Below, one piece after another: positions 48,529 to 51,408 of a stretch of DNA of 51,408 bases. The notes under the pieces were generated by a model, which saw only the letters and a list, made by a program, of their open reading frames with translations, was not told the DNA's origin and did no database searches. Source of the DNA: Catajapyx aquilonaris (Eukaryota); the NCBI GenBank assembly GCA_000934665.2, contig JYFJ02000135.1, positions 124,001-175,408 of the forward strand, in the 5' to 3' direction. The translations under genes and the position numbers were made by a program. Numbering within the stretch: the stretch's first letter is position 1; each line of letters begins with the position of its first letter.

Positions 48529-48583
<55 letters not shown>
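48253..48583 (+). mobile_element. tRNA-derived SINE with (ATT)n tail and 9-bp target-site duplication
   Basis: A box TGGCGGAGGGG 48266-48276, B box GGTTTGATCCC 48310-48320. Body GGTTTTCTGTGGTTTCCC...CCAGGTAAATGCCGGG...AGGCCACAGCCGCTTCCTTCC resembles Lm1-type insect SINE bodies (from recall). Perfect ATT tail ~48530-48583. TSD ATACTTTTG at 48244-48252 and 48584-48592. Confidence 0.9.
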
Positions 48584-48586
<3 letters not shown>

Positions 48587-48609
48587 CTTTTGGCATCGGT
48601 TTCTAATTA

Positions 48610-48710
48610 CAGTTTAATTCGGATATAACAGCCTCGGATATAACAGACTTTTGGTTATAACATACTGATTTCCGTGGTCCCTTGAAGTCTGTTGTATCCT
48701 GATTCAACTG
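48610..48710. mobile_element. 101-bp pogo/Tigger-type (Tc1/mariner superfamily) MITE
   Basis: TA|CAGTTTAATTCGGATATAACAG ... CTGTTGTATCCTGATTCAACTG|TA: about 22-bp imperfect TIRs (18/22), TA target duplication, internal repeats of GG(A/T)TATAACA. Confidence 0.8.
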
Positions 48711-48825
48711 TAATTATCTAATTGGCTAATATGTGCACTAGCCATAAATTACCTACTATGGTGCATATTTTGAAATTTTGCAATGATATCTTTCAGAAAA
48801 CCCATAAACGTCAATCAGAGAAGCC

Positions 48826-48865
48826 ATGAGTTACCAAATGCAGTCATCAGCACAAAGCCGATCAA
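48826..48865 (+). CDS. arm: arm coding exon 1 ([13 protein letters not shown])
   Basis: gccATG context, donor A|GTAAGT at 48866, phase fits the next exon. Confidence 0.85.
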
Positions 48866-50804
48866 GTAAGTAGGTTATTAAAGTTCACCTTTTGTTAAAA
48901 AAAGGCTGATCTCACCCACCACCTTTGCTCAAATTTCCACCCCATCTGAATTGCCTATCATGATAACAAGTGCAGTATGAGTCTTGGAAATATGCAGAGT
49001 TGTCACATGTCATGTGTTTGACTTAGTATTTTTATCATAAATAAAGCATCGATAATGAGCTATACTATTGATGGTTATTAAGCAAAGCTCTATTAGAAGT
49101 GATGGCTAATTATCAATTCCAGTTGGCCACGGCAACTACCAAAACCCAAGTGAGCTACCAATGGCTAACCCAAAGGAGCAGACACTTTTGTGGCAGCAGA
49201 ATTCATACATTGGAGACTCTGGGATTCACTCAGGAGCCAACACCCAAACTCCTTCTCTCAGTGGGAAGGATGAGGACATGGACACCAATGACCCACTAAT
49301 GTTCGATTTGGACCAAGCAGGGTTTGGGCAGGGCTTCACTCAGGACCAAGTAGATGGTAAGTTAAATTTTGAAAAAATACTTACGTAGGCCCCTGAGTGG
49401 AAAGGTTAGCATCACGCAATGTATCTGATAAATGCTTTAATACTGGTCAATAACAAGTAATATTTATGTCTGGTTTGTATGTACAGATATGAACCAGCAG
49501 CTGAACCATACCCGCTCCCAACGTGTGCGTGCAGCCATGTTCCCAGAGACCCTGGAGGAAGGGATAGAGATTCCTTCAACCCAGTTTGACCCAACACAGC
49601 CCACAGCAGTGCAGCGCCTGTCTGAACCTAGCCAGATGCTAAAGCATGCAGTTGTGAACCTGATCAACTACCAGGACGATGCAGACCTGGCAACCCGTGC
49701 CATACCAGAGCTGATCAAACTGCTTAATGACGAGGACCAGGTGGTGGTCTCGCAGGCAGCCATGATGGTTCACCAGCTGTCCAAGAAGGAGGCCTCTCGC
49801 CATGCCATAATGAACAGCCCACAGATGGTGGCTGCCTTGGTGCGAGCCATCTCCAACAGCAACGACCTGGAGACCACCAAGGGAGCAGTGGGCACCCTGC
49901 ACAACCTGTCCCACCATCGCCAGGGCCTGCTGGCCATCTTCAAGAGCGGTGGAATCCCAGCCCTGGTGAAGCTGCTGAGTTCCCCAGTGGAATCAGTCCT
50001 CTTCTATGGCATTACCACCTTGCACAACCTGCTGCTGCACCAGGAAGGATCCAAGATTGCCGTGCGCCTGGCTGGTGGCCTTCAGAAGATGGTGGCCTTG
50101 CTGCAGCGCAACAACGTCAAGTTCTTGGCCATAGTGACAGACTGCCTGCAGATCATGGCGTATGGGAACCAGGAGAGCAAGCTGATAATTTTGGCTTCCC
50201 AAGGGCCAGTTGAACTGGTGCGCATCATGCGTTCCTATGATTACGAGAAGCTTCTGTGGACCACCTCACGTGTGCTCAAGGTACAGTCTTTTAGAAATTT
50301 TCCTCAAGTGCATGATTAAGCAAATAACTGCAGACTTGTTAAAGTAAGGCTGGAAAATTTAACCAGTTCTTTCTAGATGAAGAGTAACTTTAACTATAGA
50401 ATCAGATAGTAACACACCTTTTACAAATATAATATTGCTACTTCCAGGTACTGTCAGTGTGCTCTAGCAACAAGCCAGCAATAGTTGAGGCAGGCGGCAT
50501 GCAGGCTTTGGCGATGCACCTGACACATGTGTCTCAGCGCCTGGTGCAGAACTGCCTGTGGACTCTGCGCAATCTGTCAGATGCTGCCACAAAGGTGGAT
50601 GCACTGGACAACCTGCTGAACAGCTTGGTGCAGGTGCTGGCCTCTGATGACATCAATGTGGTCACCTGTGCTGCAGGGATCCTCTCCAACCTGACTTGCA
50701 ACAACCAGCGCAACAAAGTCACTGTGTGCCAATATGGAGGCATTGAGGCTCTTGTCAGGGTCATCAGGAATGCAGGAGAGAGGGAGGAAATCACAGAACC
50801 AGCT
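48826..50804 (+). CDS. arm: Armadillo/beta-catenin, 5' part: join(48826-48865,49123-49356,49487-50280,50448-50804); continues beyond the window
   Basis: MSYQM... start, [30 protein letters not shown] phosphodegron, [15 protein letters not shown] and Arm repeats near-identical to Drosophila Arm; GT-AG introns with consistent phases 1,1,0,0. Confidence 0.97.
49123..49356 (+). CDS. arm: arm coding exon 2 (GSK3/CK1 degron DSGIHS)
   Basis: Acceptor aattccag, donor G|GTAAGT. Confidence 0.95.
49487..50280 (+). CDS. arm: arm coding exon 3 (alpha-catenin-binding region and first Arm repeats)
   Basis: Acceptor gtatgtacag, donor AAG|GTACAG; homology stops exactly at RVLK. Confidence 0.97.
50448..50804 (+). 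CDS. arm: arm coding exon 4 (VLSVCSSNK...EEITEPA)
   Basis: Acceptor cttccag, donor GCT|GTGAGT. Confidence 0.96.
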
Positions 50805-51313
50805 GTGAGTCCAGTGTTACTGAAAATTCATGTGTTGTAAGGGATATCATTGGGTTTAACCATGCAAAATGTTTCCGTGGTCATGAAGTTACTGATCTCA
50901 TTTTGCTTTTGCAAGCATATCAACACATCTTTTGTCCAGCTATTGTCTGTAATGAGCTGAAAAGTAACCTCAAATTACATTGCCTGGTAAAGAAATATAA
51001 AAAAGTAAAAGATACAAAGATGAATACTTAAGATTCTTACAGGAACCTGCTGTCAAACATCAGCAATTATACGGTACAAGGTACACTTTAAAATGTTGCC
51101 TTATTATTTATTCTGTGCTGGGAAAGCCAATTTTGTCTGCAGTCAAAATTAGCTTGGTAATAATGAGGAGGACATGTTGAACAGGTTCATTTTGTAGGCT
51201 CATCAGGTGTTATTGTTGTGAGTAAGGAATTCATCATGCATTGACGAAAGAAATCTTGCAGAATGGACTTTCAGTGCAATGAACTAGTTTTCTGGCATTT
51301 GTGGGGTTTAATA

Positions 51314-51408
51314 CGAGGGGCGGTCATAAAGTTCTTACAATCACCTAGAAAGAAGAGAGTCACGGGCTAGTGCAGCTATTGTGTGGTAGGTCCTTTTCCA
51401 CATATGCG
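51314..51408. mobile_element. Probable left end of a mariner-like element in an arm intron (truncated by window edge)
   Basis: TA|CGAGGGGCGGTCATAAAGT matches the TACGAGGG...AAAGT start typical of mariner TIRs; partner TIR not in the window. Confidence 0.5.

Overview
Eukaryotic genomic DNA, almost certainly insect or other arthropod (59-75 nt minimal GT-AG introns, an Armadillo protein close to the fly one, an insect-type SINE). Three protein-coding loci are visible. (1) A 40-nt first coding exon on the minus strand at 11019-11058 encodes MPRRKQDCPKRMK. This is the teashirt/tiptop (TSHZ)-type NuRD-recruiting N-terminus, too short for the ORF track, and bases 1-11018 are probably its long first intron. 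(2) A complete 9-coding-exon, about 1252-aa multi-zinc-finger gene on the plus strand (19009-27766) has a C-terminal finger array resembling ZNF407. It lies head-to-head with the tsh/tio exon around a GC-rich, probably bidirectional promoter. (3) The first four coding exons of armadillo/beta-catenin (48826-50804) continue past the window. Also present: an intact tRNA-Lys(CTT) gene, a young tRNA-derived SINE with a 9-bp TSD, a 101-bp pogo/Tigger-type MITE, the start of a mariner-like element, a degenerate foldback in the ZNF intron, a compound microsatellite and a Pho/YY1 site cluster. The most notable inference is a TSHZ-ZNF407 gene neighbourhood like that on human 18q22.3, which could be an ancient regulatory block, sitting next to arm, whose product binds Tsh in Drosophila. 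All homology calls are from recall and no searches were run.
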